Numbered from the stretch's first letter, positions 9,091-19,804 are shown. The stretch is 64,000 bases of DNA from an uncultured Clostridia bacterium (GCA_947089425.1 CAMUKG010000009.1:775-64774), one strand, 5' to 3'. Notes: generated from the sequence alone by a model not told the origin. Numbers and translations: made by a program.

Positions 9091-9471
9091 ATGGTTAAAT
9101 TACTTGCTTCCGCCGCGTTGTCGTTGGTTTCTTTGGTACCTGTTGCGGCGCCCAAACACATTGAAAAGCCCCCTCTTGCCGACGGGGATTCGGTAATCGT
9201 TAAGATTATGCCTCACCGTGCGGAGAAAGCGGACGGCAACTATATTGTGGAGGGAGAAACGAACGCCGACACTCGCTACGAAGAACTTAAAAAGGCGCTC
9301 GACGAAAGATTTTCGCACATGTTCGAACTAAAAGCGAAGCTCGACAAATATCAAAGCGTGGTAAGCGCGAAGTGGGACGAATATTACGTTCTTAACGAGC
9401 AATACAACCGCGAGCTTAAAAAAATCATAGCCTCGTGGGTAACTGAAAATAACTATTTGCAGGAAAAATAA
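9091..9471 (+). CDS. Hypothetical, probably exported protein with a helical C-terminal half
   Basis: SD AAAAGGA; hydrophobic N-terminus; followed by a terminator-like hairpin; no recognisable motif. Confidence 0.55.
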   Translation: MVKLLASAALSLVSLVPVAAPKHIEKPPLADGDSVIVKIMPHRAEKADGNYIVEGETNADTRYEELKKALDERFSHMFELKAKLDKYQSVVSAKWDEYYVLNEQYNRELKKIIASWVTENNYLQEK

Positions 9472-9618
9472 CGTTTTGCGTCGTCAGGCGGTGAAATCCG
9501 CTTTGAATGCCATACTCATAGCTCGCACAATTTGCGTTTTGTGCGGGCTTTTTTGTTGCTTTTGTAGCCTTTCAATGATATAATAAATAGGTTAAAAAAA
9601 CACCTAAGGAAACGAACA

Positions 9619-10707
9619 ATGAAATTAGGAGTGGTAGGTTTACCCAACGTAGGCAAGAGCACGCTTTTTAACGCGATTACCAAAGCGGGCGCGGAATGCG
9701 CTAACTATCCGTTTTGCACGATAGAACCCAACGTGGGCGTGGTACCCGTGCCCGACTCGCGCCTCGACGTGTTGGCTAAAATGTATAGCACGAAAAAGGT
9801 GACTCCCGCAGTTCTCGAATTTGTGGACATAGCGGGGCTTGTAAAGGGCGCGTCTAAGGGCGAGGGACTCGGAAACAAATTCCTTTCGCATATTCGCGAG
9901 GTTGACGCGATTGTTCACGTAGTGCGCTGTTTCGGCGGGAGCAACGTTATTCACGTTGACGGAAGCGTTGACCCGTTGCGCGACATAGAGACGATTAACC
10001 TCGAACTTGTGCTCAGCGACCTCGAAACTGTGCAAAAGCGTCTCGACAAAGCGGAAAAATACGTGAAGTGCGGCGAAAAGAAATATGCCGACGAAGCGGC
10101 TCTCCTCAAAAAAATAAAGGCGGCGCTCGAACAGGGCAAGACGGCTCGCACTCTTTCATACACCGACGAAGAAAAAGAACTGTTGCGCGAATTTTTCTTG
10201 CTCACAACAAAGCCCGTGATTTACTGTGCCAACATAAGCGAGGCTGACATAGGAAAAAGCAACGCCTATGTTGACAAAGTGCGCGAGTTTTCAAAGAGCG
10301 AGGGCGCCGAAACGGTTGAAATATGCGCGAAAGCGGAAGAAGATTTGAGCACTCTCGACGACGCCGACCGCGAAGAACTCTCGCGCGATTTGGGGCTCGA
10401 AGAGTCGGGGCTCGACCGCGTTATTAAGGCGGGATATTCGCTTTTGGGACTTATAAGCTACCTTACGGCGGGCGAAAAAGAGGTTCGCGCCTGGACAATC
10501 GAAAACGGAACCAAAGCGCCTCAGGCGGCGGGGAAAATCCATTCCGATTTCGAAAAGGGTTTCATTCGTGCCGAAATAGTTAGCTACGACGACCTTGTGG
10601 CGTTCGGAGGATTTAACCAAGCCAAAGAAAAGGGCAAAGTGCGTAGCGAGGGCAAAGAATACGTGATGCGCGACGGCGACGTTGTGCTTTTTCGTTTTAA
10701 CGTTTGA
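9619..10707 (+). CDS. ychF: Ribosome-binding ATPase YchF
   Basis: GLPNVGKSTLFNA, ANYPFCTIEPN, DIAGLVKGASKGEGLGNKFL, EGKEYVMRDGD. Confidence 0.97.
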   Translation: MKLGVVGLPNVGKSTLFNAITKAGAECANYPFCTIEPNVGVVPVPDSRLDVLAKMYSTKKVTPAVLEFVDIAGLVKGASKGEGLGNKFLSHIREVDAIVHVVRCFGGSNVIHVDGSVDPLRDIETINLELVLSDLETVQKRLDKAEKYVKCGEKKYADEAALLKKIKAALEQGKTARTLSYTDEEKELLREFFLLTTKPVIYCANISEADIGKSNAYVDKVREFSKSEGAETVEICAKAEEDLSTLDDADREELSRDLGLEESGLDRVIKAGYSLLGLISYLTAGEKEVRAWTIENGTKAPQAAGKIHSDFEKGFIRAEIVSYDDLVAFGGFNQAKEKGKVRSEGKEYVMRDGDVVLFRFNV

Positions 10708-10756
10708 ATAGGCGGCTTTGCCGCAAAGGAGCGGTCGAACGAGACCGAATTAAACT

Positions 10757-12454
10757 ATGGACTATAAAAAAATCATTGCCGATTTGGTTAAAATAGACGG
10801 CGTGAGTAAAGAAGAAATATACGCGAGTATATCGGTGCCGCCTCGCAGAGAGAACGGCGAATTTTGTTTACCGTGTTTCAAGTTCTCCAAAAGTTTGCGC
10901 ATGTCGCCCGTCGCCATCGCCGATAAGCTCAAATCCGAGCTTGTTTTGCCGCCCGAAATTCAAAGCGCGGAGTCGGTGGCGGGGTATCTGAATTTTAAAC
11001 TCAATCGCGCGGTTTTGGCCGAGAACGGTTTGCGCGCGGTAGCCGAAAAAGGCGACGTATTCGCAAATAAACCGAGCAACGGCAAAACGGTGTGTATCGA
11101 CTATTCGTCGGTGAACATAGCCAAGCCTTTTCATATAGGGCACTTGCTCACCACTGCGCTCGGCGGTTCGCTTTATCGCATTTTCAACTATTTGGGGTAT
11201 AAAGCGGTTGGAATAAATCATCTCGGCGATTGGGGAACTCAGTTCGGAAAGCTTGTGTCTGCATATAAGCGTTGGGGCAACGACGCCGACATAGAAAAAC
11301 GGGGCGTTACCGCTCTTATGGAGTTGTACGTTAAATTCCATTCCGAAGCGGACAGTGAGCCCGCGCTCGAAGAAGAGGGTAGGCGCTATTTTAAGCTAAT
11401 CGAAGACGGCGACGAAGAAACGGTGCGAATTTTCGAGCGGTTTAAAGAGCTCACCCTTAAAGAAGTGCAAAAAATTTACGACAGACTCGGCATAACTTTC
11501 GATTCTTATGCGGGCGAAAGTTTTTATAACGACAAGATGCAACCCGTTATAGCGGAGCTCGAAGATAAAGGATTGCTAATCGAGAGCGACGGTGCAAAAG
11601 TCGTCGATTTGTCGGATTTCGACATGCCGCCTTGCCTGATACTTAAAAAGGACGGAGCTACTCTTTACGCCACGCGCGACCTTGCCGCCGCGCAATATCG
11701 GCACGACACCTACGACTTTTACAAGTGTCTTTACGTTGTAGCATACCAACAGAATTTGCATTTTAAGCAAGTGTTTAAGGTGCTTGAAAAAATGGGAAAA
11801 TCGTGGGCGGCGGACTGCATTCACGTTCCGTTCGGAATGGTGAGCTTGGAGGGCGGCGAGGCGCTTTCCACCCGTAAAGGAAAGGTTGTGCTACTGCGCG
11901 ACGTGCTTTCTACGGCGGTTGAAAAAGCGGAGAAAATAATACGCGAAAAGAATCCCGAACTCGAAGATAAAGCTGCCGTTGCCGAAATGGTGGGCGTAGG
12001 CGCAATAGTGTTTTCGGCTCTTTCCACTTCGCGCATTAAAGACATGGTGTTTTCCTATGACAAAGCGCTGTCGTTCGAGGGGGAAACGGCGCCGTATTTG
12101 CAGTATACTCACGCGCGTTGTGCGTCAATACTTTCTAAGGGCAACTATAAATGCGGCGAACTCGGCAATATGGATTGGAACGTGCTTTCCGACGATGAAA
12201 GCGCCGACGTTATAACTCTATTGAATAGATACGACGACGTAGTGCTTGACGCCGCCGAAAAATACGAGCCGTGTTTGATTGCGCGTTATTTGCTTGACCT
12301 TGCGCAAAGTTTTAACAGATTTTATATAGACCACCGAGTAATTTCCGACGACAAAAAAGCGACTGCCGCAAGATTGCTTTTAACCGCTTGCGTAAAATCC
12401 ACGCTCAAAAACGGGCTGTCGTTATTACTTATAAACGCGCCCGAAAAAATGTGA
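10757..12454 (+). CDS. argS: Arginyl-tRNA synthetase
   Basis: SSVNIAKPFHIGH, NHLGDWGTQFG, YATRDLA, LSTRKG, GETAPYLQYTHAR. Confidence 0.96.
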   Translation: MDYKKIIADLVKIDGVSKEEIYASISVPPRRENGEFCLPCFKFSKSLRMSPVAIADKLKSELVLPPEIQSAESVAGYLNFKLNRAVLAENGLRAVAEKGDVFANKPSNGKTVCIDYSSVNIAKPFHIGHLLTTALGGSLYRIFNYLGYKAVGINHLGDWGTQFGKLVSAYKRWGNDADIEKRGVTALMELYVKFHSEADSEPALEEEGRRYFKLIEDGDEETVRIFERFKELTLKEVQKIYDRLGITFDSYAGESFYNDKMQPVIAELEDKGLLIESDGAKVVDLSDFDMPPCLILKKDGATLYATRDLAAAQYRHDTYDFYKCLYVVAYQQNLHFKQVFKVLEKMGKSWAADCIHVPFGMVSLEGGEALSTRKGKVVLLRDVLSTAVEKAEKIIREKNPELEDKAAVAEMVGVGAIVFSALSTSRIKDMVFSYDKALSFEGETAPYLQYTHARCASILSKGNYKCGELGNMDWNVLSDDESADVITLLNRYDDVVLDAAEKYEPCLIARYLLDLAQSFNRFYIDHRVISDDKKATAARLLLTACVKSTLKNGLSLLLINAPEKM

Positions 12455-12502
12455 TTCTTTTTATGTCGTTAATGTCTGATTTGTTGTAAATGTATTAAAT
12501 TT

Positions 12503-12540
12503 ACAGCCCGCCGCATTATAAAAAGTGCGGCGGGTTGTTG
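12503..12540. terminator. Bidirectional terminator
   Basis: ACAGCCCGCCGCAT / GTGCGGCGGGTTGT arms between convergent genes. Confidence 0.75.
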
Positions 12541-12542
12541 TT

Positions 12543-12767
12543 TTAGAACGTGGTGTTGTCGCCTCTGCGAATTCGTCCGCAACCGTCGCTCAACGCGTCG
12601 GGGCAGCCGTCGCGCGTGTTGCAACTGTTTAATAGCATTGAAGCTATTATGAGCTCGTTTATTGAACCGCGCGTCGAATTGGAATTGCACGGGTTGTCGT
12701 TTCCGCCTCGTTCGTTGCTCATTAAAAGCAAAATAAGCAGAAGATTGTAGATGTCGTCTTGATTCAT
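12543..12767 (-). CDS. Small hypothetical protein (74 aa; hydrophobic N-terminus, Cys/Asn/Gly-rich)
   Basis: SD GGAG 7 nt before the ATG; ends just before a terminator; no family recognised. Confidence 0.55.
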   Translation of the reverse strand: MNQDDIYNLLLILLLMSNERGGNDNPCNSNSTRGSINELIIASMLLNSCNTRDGCPDALSDGCGRIRRGDNTTF

Positions 12768-12872
12768 GTTATTTCTCCGTTCTTCGCGTAATAATTACAT
12801 AAAAAGCACGAGCTTTATACTTGCGCGGCAATATATGTTTATATTAAAATATATTCATGGGAGGACGCAAGT

Positions 12873-13214
12873 ATGTTCGATTCCGAAAGATTGCTGATAG
12901 ACAATAAAACTCTCGATTTGGTGCGCAGTTACGTGCCTACCGAAGACGCTCTCGCGGCAATGTCCGACTTTTTTTCGGCGCTTGGCGACGGCACCCGTCT
13001 GAAATTGATTTCGGCGCTGAGCATAACGGAAATGTGCGTCACCGATTTGAGCCTTAGTCTTAAAATAAATCAAACTACCGTGTCGCATCAACTACGCAAC
13101 TTAAAGACAATCGGGGCGGTTAAGGTGCGCAGGCAAGGCAAAGTGTCGTTTTACTCGCTTAAAGACAGCACCCTTCTCGACATCATGCTCAAAGCGGTGA
13201 ATTTTGTATCGTGA
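12873..13214 (+). CDS. ArsR/SmtB-family metalloregulator (CadC-like)
   Basis: FFSALGDGTRLKLISAL, EMCVTDL, SQ/QTTVSHQLR-type helix, RRQGK-FYSL-D wing; SD GGGAGG. Confidence 0.85.
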   Translation: MFDSERLLIDNKTLDLVRSYVPTEDALAAMSDFFSALGDGTRLKLISALSITEMCVTDLSLSLKINQTTVSHQLRNLKTIGAVKVRRQGKVSFYSLKDSTLLDIMLKAVNFVS

Positions 13215-13484
13215 TTTAAAATTTTAAAAGCGGCGCATATTTAGCGCAAAACACAGCCATATTAGAAGTGTACCAAAGACAAAAGCCTTTTCGCGCGGGT
13301 TGCCCTTTTGCCGGCGGAAAGGCGGGTACTACATAGAAAACGGAGTCTCAAACGCGAACCCCTTTGGGGCGTTCGTTATTTTTTTACGTTTGTTCGCCGC
13401 TTGATTTTTTTTTGCCTTTATGATACAATAAAGTTGCAAATAACGAAATCATGCGTTAAAGAAACACAAAGGCAGAGCAACATT

Positions 13485-14195
13485 ATGAATAATATAGGCA
13501 ATTCTTGGGACGAAATATTAAAAAAAGAATTTAGTGCTCCTTATTTTTCGGCGCTTAGCGAAAAGGTTGACGAGGAATATAAAACGCAAACCGTTTTTCC
13601 GCCCTACGAGCAAATTTTCAGAGCCCTTTCTATGATTGACTATAACGACGTTAAAGTTGTTATACTCGGGCAAGACCCGTATCACGGCGACGGGCAAGCG
13701 AACGGAATAGCGTTTGCGGTGAACAAGGGGATACCTCTTCCGCCGTCGTTAATCAATATTTATAAAGAAATCGAATCGGATATAGGAGTGAAGATGCCTG
13801 CAACGGGAACTCTTCTCGGGTGGGAAGAGCAAGGCGTGCTGCTTCTTAACGCCACCCTAACCGTTCGAAAGGCGACTCCTCAATCGCATTCTGCGCTCGG
13901 TTGGCAACGGTTTACCGACGCGGTGACAGTCGCTTTGAGCGCGCGCGAAAAACCTATGGTTTTCATTCTTTGGGGCGCGGGCGCGGGCTCTAAAAAGAGC
14001 TTGATTGCCGCTCGTCATAAGATTCTAATGTCGCCGCACCCGAGTCCGCTTTCGGCGAGCAGAGGCTTTTTCGGTTGCAAGCACTTTTCGCAAGCAAACG
14101 AATTTTTAATCGAGCACGGCATGAAGCCGATAGATTGGGCAAACGTAGACGGCGGACTTGCGTCGTATTACGGCGGCAAGATAATTAGAGTGTAA
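13485..14195 (+). CDS. ung: Uracil-DNA glycosylase (family 1)
   Basis: GQDPYH, PPSL-NIYKE, GVLLLN, SPHPSPLSA motifs; start moved to ATG 13485. Confidence 0.93.
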   Translation: MNNIGNSWDEILKKEFSAPYFSALSEKVDEEYKTQTVFPPYEQIFRALSMIDYNDVKVVILGQDPYHGDGQANGIAFAVNKGIPLPPSLINIYKEIESDIGVKMPATGTLLGWEEQGVLLLNATLTVRKATPQSHSALGWQRFTDAVTVALSAREKPMVFILWGAGAGSKKSLIAARHKILMSPHPSPLSASRGFFGCKHFSQANEFLIEHGMKPIDWANVDGGLASYYGGKIIRV

Positions 14196-14212
14196 AGGAG
14201 TTTGAAATATAA

Positions 14213-15376
14213 ATGGAGAATTTACAGTCTTCGCAAGAACCCGAAACCGTTCAATCCGAACGCAAACAAAAAGGCGGTTTTACGGTTGCTAATACGGCTG
14301 CTAATATAGTTATTGTCGCGTTGCTCGGCGTAATGGTGTTGCTCGCGCTCACGGCGGTGATTTTGCTGTCGGTGGGGCGGCGCGAGACTGCGGAGCAGAA
14401 CTATGAAACCGCTTTTGCGGCAGTGCGCTCGCAAGTGGCGGAAGTGTACGGCAGCGGCACTAAGAGCAACGCGAAAGGAAGCGGCGTGATATACAGAACT
14501 GATGGCGATAAAACCTACGTTATATCGAATTATCACGTTACGGGTTCGGACGGCGCTCCTTTTGTGCGCTTTACCGAATACGGCGAAAAGCATGAGGGCA
14601 AGCTTCTCGGCTACGATTCGTATCACGACATTGCGCTAATAGAGGTTGACGGAACGCACGGCAAAGCGGCAACGCAAGGCGCGAACTACACCGAAGGCAC
14701 GCCCGTGCTTGCAGTAGGGAACAGCCTTGCCTACGGGCTCGCCGCTTTCGACGGCATTGTGTCGCGCACAAGCAGAATGCTAAAAACTCAAAACGAAGGC
14801 GCGGCGGGCGATAAGCGAGTGCCTGTGTTTGCCGTAACGTGCCCCATAAACGCGGGAATGTCGGGCGGAGGACTTTTTACGCTCGACGGACAAATAATAG
14901 GAATAAACACATATCGCACGCAATACGTTCTCGACGGCGATAAAGACCGACCCGTTGAGGGAATGAGCTATTGCGTGCCGTTTTCGCTCGCCGATAAGTT
15001 GGCGCGCAGAATACTGAACGAACGAAGCGGCTCTCAGACGAATATAATTTCGGTGCGAGGCGACACCGATATAGAAGACGCCGTAAATTTCGACGGGTTG
15101 TGTTTTCGGGCTCGCTTTACCGCCGCGGGCTTAACGGTTACCGACGTGTTGCCCGCGTCGGTCGATATGAGCGGCGGAGAAATAATGAGCGGCGATATAG
15201 TGAAGAAAATAGGCTCGCTCGAAGTCTCGGAGTCAACGCCGTTTAGCGCGTTGTTCGACGAATGTTTAAAGTTTGTTCACGACGCGTCGGAGAGCGGCGA
15301 GACTCTTAAAATAGTTCTCGACAGAGACGGGCAAAGCGTAACTGTTAAGTACGATTATAAGCGTTTGAAATATTGA
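14213..15376 (+). CDS. Membrane-anchored HtrA-like (S1C) serine protease with a PDZ-like C-terminus
   Basis: N-terminal TM; GSGVI, SNYHV (His), DIALI (Asp), INAGMSGGG (Ser); C-terminal GDIVKKI PDZ-like segment. Confidence 0.8.
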   Translation: MENLQSSQEPETVQSERKQKGGFTVANTAANIVIVALLGVMVLLALTAVILLSVGRRETAEQNYETAFAAVRSQVAEVYGSGTKSNAKGSGVIYRTDGDKTYVISNYHVTGSDGAPFVRFTEYGEKHEGKLLGYDSYHDIALIEVDGTHGKAATQGANYTEGTPVLAVGNSLAYGLAAFDGIVSRTSRMLKTQNEGAAGDKRVPVFAVTCPINAGMSGGGLFTLDGQIIGINTYRTQYVLDGDKDRPVEGMSYCVPFSLADKLARRILNERSGSQTNIISVRGDTDIEDAVNFDGLCFRARFTAAGLTVTDVLPASVDMSGGEIMSGDIVKKIGSLEVSESTPFSALFDECLKFVHDASESGETLKIVLDRDGQSVTVKYDYKRLKY

Positions 15377-15393
15377 TTTTTTCGGAGAATTTT

Positions 15394-16509
15394 ATGAATT
15401 TTTTCAAAAAAATTTTTAAGTTTGCTTTTATTGCCGTTTTGGCGGTTTCGGCGATTTTTTCGTCATTCGGTTGTTCTATGTTCAATAAAAAACCGAGCGA
15501 CGCTCTTTTGCCGCATTTAATAGGCGAAAGCGAAGCTGACAGCGCACCCGTGCGCCGAGTAAACGCATTGCGAGAAAGCAAGAGTTTTACGACAAACAGC
15601 GTGAACGCGCAATTCGACGAATTGAACGAAATGTTGTATGACGGCTACCGTCCCGATTTCGGCAATGGCGTGTTTCCCGAAATAGAAAAAACTTATAATG
15701 CGGCGATTGCCGTTCTCAATCGCTATATCAAAAACGATTTTTCGGCGTTCGAACGTTTGCACGCCATGCACGATTATTTGGCGTATCACACCGAATACGA
15801 TTTCGAATTGCTTGAAGATGCAAATTCGGCAAAAGAGAGCAATCCCTCTTTTCGTCCCGACGGAGTTTTTTTGGAACGCAAGGCGGTGTGCGACGGTTTT
15901 TCGAAAGCGTTTTTGCTCATGTGCGGAATAGAACAAATTCGTTGCATACGCATAACGGGACTATACTCGTCGGACGGCAACGTGGTGAATCACGCTTGGA
16001 ACAAGGTTTTGCTTGACGGACAGTGGTATAACGTTGACTGCACAATGGATTCGTGGCATGTGTACACCGACAACAAGAATAGGGAAGACATTTTGAATCA
16101 CGGCTATTTTCTCGTGTCGGACGAGGCTATCCTCGCCCCTCTTACAGGGCGGCACACCGAAAGCGGGCTCGACGCGGTGAACTATGAGTGTCCGAGTTCA
16201 TACGACTTTTATTCCGAAACTCCGCTCGGAATAGGTTCGTACAAAATGAAACTTACGAGTAGCGACGAACTTTTAGATGTGTTTTCGAAAATAAAAGCGA
16301 GCAAACGCAAAATAGGCAAGGTGGAATTAAAACTCGATTTTCCCGAATACGACAAGAGCAATCTTTCGCGCCCCGACGCATACTCTTCTTATATAGCGGA
16401 AGCGTATAAAAAAGTTTCGGACGCAGACTTTGCGTTTAAGCCCGAGAGCGGAATGTATCCTTACATGCGCTATCCCGACGGAGTATTCGTGTTTTTGATT
16501 TACGCATAA
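15394..16509 (+). CDS. Lipoprotein with a transglutaminase-like (Cys-His-Asp) domain
   Basis: Lipobox SFGC; AVCDGFSKAF, HAWNKV, WYNVDCTMD. Confidence 0.8.
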   Translation: MNFFKKIFKFAFIAVLAVSAIFSSFGCSMFNKKPSDALLPHLIGESEADSAPVRRVNALRESKSFTTNSVNAQFDELNEMLYDGYRPDFGNGVFPEIEKTYNAAIAVLNRYIKNDFSAFERLHAMHDYLAYHTEYDFELLEDANSAKESNPSFRPDGVFLERKAVCDGFSKAFLLMCGIEQIRCIRITGLYSSDGNVVNHAWNKVLLDGQWYNVDCTMDSWHVYTDNKNREDILNHGYFLVSDEAILAPLTGRHTESGLDAVNYECPSSYDFYSETPLGIGSYKMKLTSSDELLDVFSKIKASKRKIGKVELKLDFPEYDKSNLSRPDAYSSYIAEAYKKVSDADFAFKPESGMYPYMRYPDGVFVFLIYA

Positions 16510-16585
16510 ATTGACATGGGCATTAAAAAGACGGTTTGAGCGTAGAACGATAGTTCGTCCGGAAAACCGTTGAGAAAATGCTTAA

Positions 16586-16619
16586 AAAGAAAAGCCCCGA
16601 ATTTTTTTCGGGGCTTTTC
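16586..16619. terminator. Bidirectional terminator
   Basis: AAAAGCCCCGAA / TTCGGGGCTTTT arms between convergent operons. Confidence 0.8.
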
Positions 16620-16637
16620 AAATGTGTGAAGGTAATA

Positions 16638-16868
16638 TTATTTTTTCATTTCGCTTTCTATAAAGTCGCAAAGCGCGCCCACGCGGGTGAGCTCTTCCAC
16701 TTTTTCGTCGGGAATGGTTATGCCCGTTTCTTCTTCGAGAGTGAAAAGCATTTCCACTATAACGAGCGAATCGGCGTTTAGGTCGGCTCGAATATCTGTG
16801 TCGCGCGTTATAGCGCTTTTGTCGACTTTAAGATATTTTGCGAGCATTTCGGTAACTTTTTCAAACAT
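16638..16868 (-). CDS. acpP: Acyl carrier protein
   Basis: 76 aa, acidic, DLNADSL phosphopantetheine-site motif; SD AAGGAG directly after the leuB stop. Confidence 0.85.
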   Translation of the reverse strand: MFEKVTEMLAKYLKVDKSAITRDTDIRADLNADSLVIVEMLFTLEEETGITIPDEKVEELTRVGALCDFIESEMKK

Positions 16869-16882
16869 GATTTATCTCCTTT

Positions 16883-17965
16883 TTATTTTCCGTTTAAAAC
16901 TTCGAGCGCAATCAATTCGCCCATTTTCGAGCAAGACACCTTTTTGTTTCCCGTAGAATAAATGTCGGGGGTGCGGTAGCCTTTGCTCAGTATAGTGTTT
17001 ATCGCTTTTTCGAGCGCTGCCGTTTCTTTGGGAAGTTCGAGCGAAGTTGAGAGCATCATTGCGGCGGCGAGGATTGTTGCAATGGGGTTAGCCGTGTCGG
17101 TGCCCGCAATGTCGGGGGCGGAGCCGTGAATGGGTTCGTAAAGTCCGAGCTTGGACGCGCCCAAACTGCTGCTCGGCAAAAGTCCGATAGAGCCTGTAAT
17201 CATTGCCGCTTCGTCCGAAAGAATGTCGCCGAACATGTTGGGGCAAAGGAGCACGTCGAACTGCGACGGGTCTTTCACGAGTTGCATCGCGCAATTATCC
17301 ACAAGCATGTGGCTTAGTTGAATTTCGGGGTATTGCTCCGCAACTTTGGTAACGGTCGAGCGCCAAAGCTGACTCGATTCGAGCACGTTGGCTTTGTCTA
17401 TACTCGTTACGCGCTTGCTTCTTCCCATTGCGACGTCGAAAGCCACTTTGGCAATGCGTTCGATTTCCTTTTTGGAATATGCTTCGGTGTCATACGCCTC
17501 TTGCCCGTATTTGCCCGCACGGTAGCCGCGCGGTCCGAAGTATATGCCGCCCGTAAGTTCGCGCACCACCACGAGGTTTATTCCCTTTTTGGTAATGGCG
17601 GGTTTGAGAGGGGAGTCGCCTCTAAGTTGCTCGTATAGCACCGCAGGACGAACGTTGGCGTAGAGTCCGAGCGCGCTTCTCAAGTTGAGCAATCCTTTTT
17701 CGGGGCGCAAGTGAGTGGCAAGATTATCCCACTTAGGGCCGCCCACAGCTCCCAAAAGCACGGCGTCCGACTTTAAGCAATCGTCGATTGTTTCTTGCGG
17801 AAGCGGCACGCCGGTGCTGTCGATTGCCGCTCCGCCCATGAGCGGAAATGAATATTTAAAGGTGTGTCCGAAACGGTGCGCCACAGCTTCGAGGCATCCT
17901 ATTGTTGCGTCGACGATTTCGGGTCCTATTCCGTCGCCGCGAATTACAGCGATTTTACAATTCAT
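16883..17965 (-). CDS. leuB: 3-isopropylmalate dehydrogenase
   Basis: [44 protein letters not shown]. Confidence 0.95.
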   Translation of the reverse strand: MNCKIAVIRGDGIGPEIVDATIGCLEAVAHRFGHTFKYSFPLMGGAAIDSTGVPLPQETIDDCLKSDAVLLGAVGGPKWDNLATHLRPEKGLLNLRSALGLYANVRPAVLYEQLRGDSPLKPAITKKGINLVVVRELTGGIYFGPRGYRAGKYGQEAYDTEAYSKKEIERIAKVAFDVAMGRSKRVTSIDKANVLESSQLWRSTVTKVAEQYPEIQLSHMLVDNCAMQLVKDPSQFDVLLCPNMFGDILSDEAAMITGSIGLLPSSSLGASKLGLYEPIHGSAPDIAGTDTANPIATILAAAMMLSTSLELPKETAALEKAINTILSKGYRTPDIYSTGNKKVSCSKMGELIALEVLNGK

Positions 17966-18014
17966 AATTGAGTTCCCTCCTTTTGTTTTTATGTGATTTT
18001 TTATTTTCTTTCGA

Positions 18015-18479
18015 TTATTTTAAAAGTCCGCCGCGCTTTATTATGGCGCGTATTTCGACGGGGTAGGGCGGCACCGAATATTCTTTATTCAGTCGCTTAT
18101 TAAATATTTTTCCTTTTTCGAGGTTCACGCTTATTTCGTCGCCGCTTTCGGCGTCTTGTGCCGCTTGCGGGCACTCCAAAATGGGAAGCCCTATGTTTAT
18201 GGCGTTTCTGAAAAATATACGCGCAAAACTTTTCGCTATAACGCACGATATTCCCGATTCTTTAATGGAAAGCGGGGCGTGCTCGCGCGACGAGCCGCAT
18301 CCGAAGTTTTCGCCCGCAACCATAATATCGCCGTTTTTTACTTTGCTTGAAAAGTCGACGTCTATGTCTTCCATGCAGTGTAAGGCGAGTTCGCGCCCGT
18401 CCGATGAATTTAAATATCTTGCGGGGATTATAACGTCGGTGTCTACGTTGTCGCCGTATTTATGCGTTTTGCCCGTCAT
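18015..18479 (-). CDS. leuD: 3-isopropylmalate dehydratase small subunit
   Basis: [36 protein letters not shown]; ATG 18479 behind AGGAGG. Confidence 0.93.
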   Translation of the reverse strand: MTGKTHKYGDNVDTDVIIPARYLNSSDGRELALHCMEDIDVDFSSKVKNGDIMVAGENFGCGSSREHAPLSIKESGISCVIAKSFARIFFRNAINIGLPILECPQAAQDAESGDEISVNLEKGKIFNKRLNKEYSVPPYPVEIRAIIKRGGLLK

Positions 18480-18510
18480 TATTGCGAGAAACCTCCTAAT
18501 AAAATTTAAA

Positions 18511-19761
18511 TTAAATTGCGCCGAGTTTTCCGAGCACCGCGCTCGACGCAGCAACATATGGCGACGCGAGGTATATTTCGCTCGATATGTGTCCCATGCG
18601 CCCCACAAAGTTGCGGTTGGTGGTGGCGACGCATCTTTCGCCTTCTGCGAGAATGCCCATATATCCGCCCAAACAAGGTCCGCACGTAGGCGTGGAAACG
18701 ACCGCTCCCGCGTTTATGAATATTTCTATAAGTCCTTCTTTCACCGCTTGCAAATAAATCTCGTTGGTGGCGGGAATTATTATTGCGCGAACTCCGCGCG
18801 CAACTTTTTTTCCGCGCAAAACTTCGGCAGCCGCGCGCAAATCGGATATATGCCCGTTGGTGCAAGAACCTATTACCACTTGGTCTATTTTAACATTTCC
18901 TACTTCGTCTATCGTTCGTGTGTTTTCTGGCAAGTGGGGGAATGCCACCGTAGGCTTTAAAGAGGCAAGGTCGATATTTATCGTGCTCTCGTAGTCGGCG
19001 TCGAAGTCGGCTTTGTAAACTTTTCCCGCGCGCGTCGTTCTGCCTTTCAAGTATTCGGCGGTTGTGTCGTCCGCTTCGAAAATTCCGTTTTTCGCACCCG
19101 CTTCTATCGCCATATTACAAACAGTGAAACGGTCGTCTATATTTAAGTTTTTGCAACCGTCGCCCGTAAATTCGAGCGACTTATAAAGCGCGCCGCTCAC
19201 GCCGATTTTGCCTATTAAATGAAGCACTACGTCTTTGCCGCAAATATGCTCGGCTTTTTTGCCTTTTAGAGCAACTTTAATCGCTTGCGGAACTTTGAAC
19301 CATGCGGTGCCCGTAGCCATTCCGTAAGCCATATCGGTGGAGCCCACTCCTGTGGCAAACGCTCCGAGCGCACCGTAGGTGCAAGTGTGCGAGTCGGCGC
19401 CTATCACGAGGTCGCCCGCCGCGATGAGTCCTTTTTCGGGCAAAAGAGCGTGCTCTATGCCCATTTGCCCCACGTCGTAAAAGTGGGTTATGTTTTCTTT
19501 GCACGCAAAATCGCGGCACTTTTTGCACTGTTGCGCCGACTTAATGTCTTTATTCGGAACAAAGTGGTCCATAACGAGAGCCACTTTGTCTTTGTCGAAA
19601 ACGCCGCTTTTTCCCGCCTTTTCGAGTTCTCCTATTGCAACGGGCGACGTGATGTCGTTGCCGAGCACAAGGTCGAGCTTGGCTGTTATGAGTTGCCCTG
19701 CGGTAACTTCACGCAGTCCCGCTTTGTCGGCGAGTATTTTTTGCGAAAGCGTCATGCCCAT
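18511..19761 (-). CDS. leuC: 3-isopropylmalate dehydratase large subunit
   Basis: [37 protein letters not shown]. Confidence 0.93.
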   Translation of the reverse strand: MGMTLSQKILADKAGLREVTAGQLITAKLDLVLGNDITSPVAIGELEKAGKSGVFDKDKVALVMDHFVPNKDIKSAQQCKKCRDFACKENITHFYDVGQMGIEHALLPEKGLIAAGDLVIGADSHTCTYGALGAFATGVGSTDMAYGMATGTAWFKVPQAIKVALKGKKAEHICGKDVVLHLIGKIGVSGALYKSLEFTGDGCKNLNIDDRFTVCNMAIEAGAKNGIFEADDTTAEYLKGRTTRAGKVYKADFDADYESTINIDLASLKPTVAFPHLPENTRTIDEVGNVKIDQVVIGSCTNGHISDLRAAAEVLRGKKVARGVRAIIIPATNEIYLQAVKEGLIEIFINAGAVVSTPTCGPCLGGYMGILAEGERCVATTNRNFVGRMGHISSEIYLASPYVAASSAVLGKLGAI

Positions 19762-19804
19762 AATTTGCATTCCTTTACGTTTTTAACGTGCACGACGTGG
19801 AAAA

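Noticed and set aside
13240-13400. Hairpin-rich stretch between the ArsR gene and ung, considered as 6S RNA or a riboswitch
   Set aside because: I could not build the long 6S rod or match a known aptamer; only a terminator-like hairpin is supportable. An Rfam scan would settle it.
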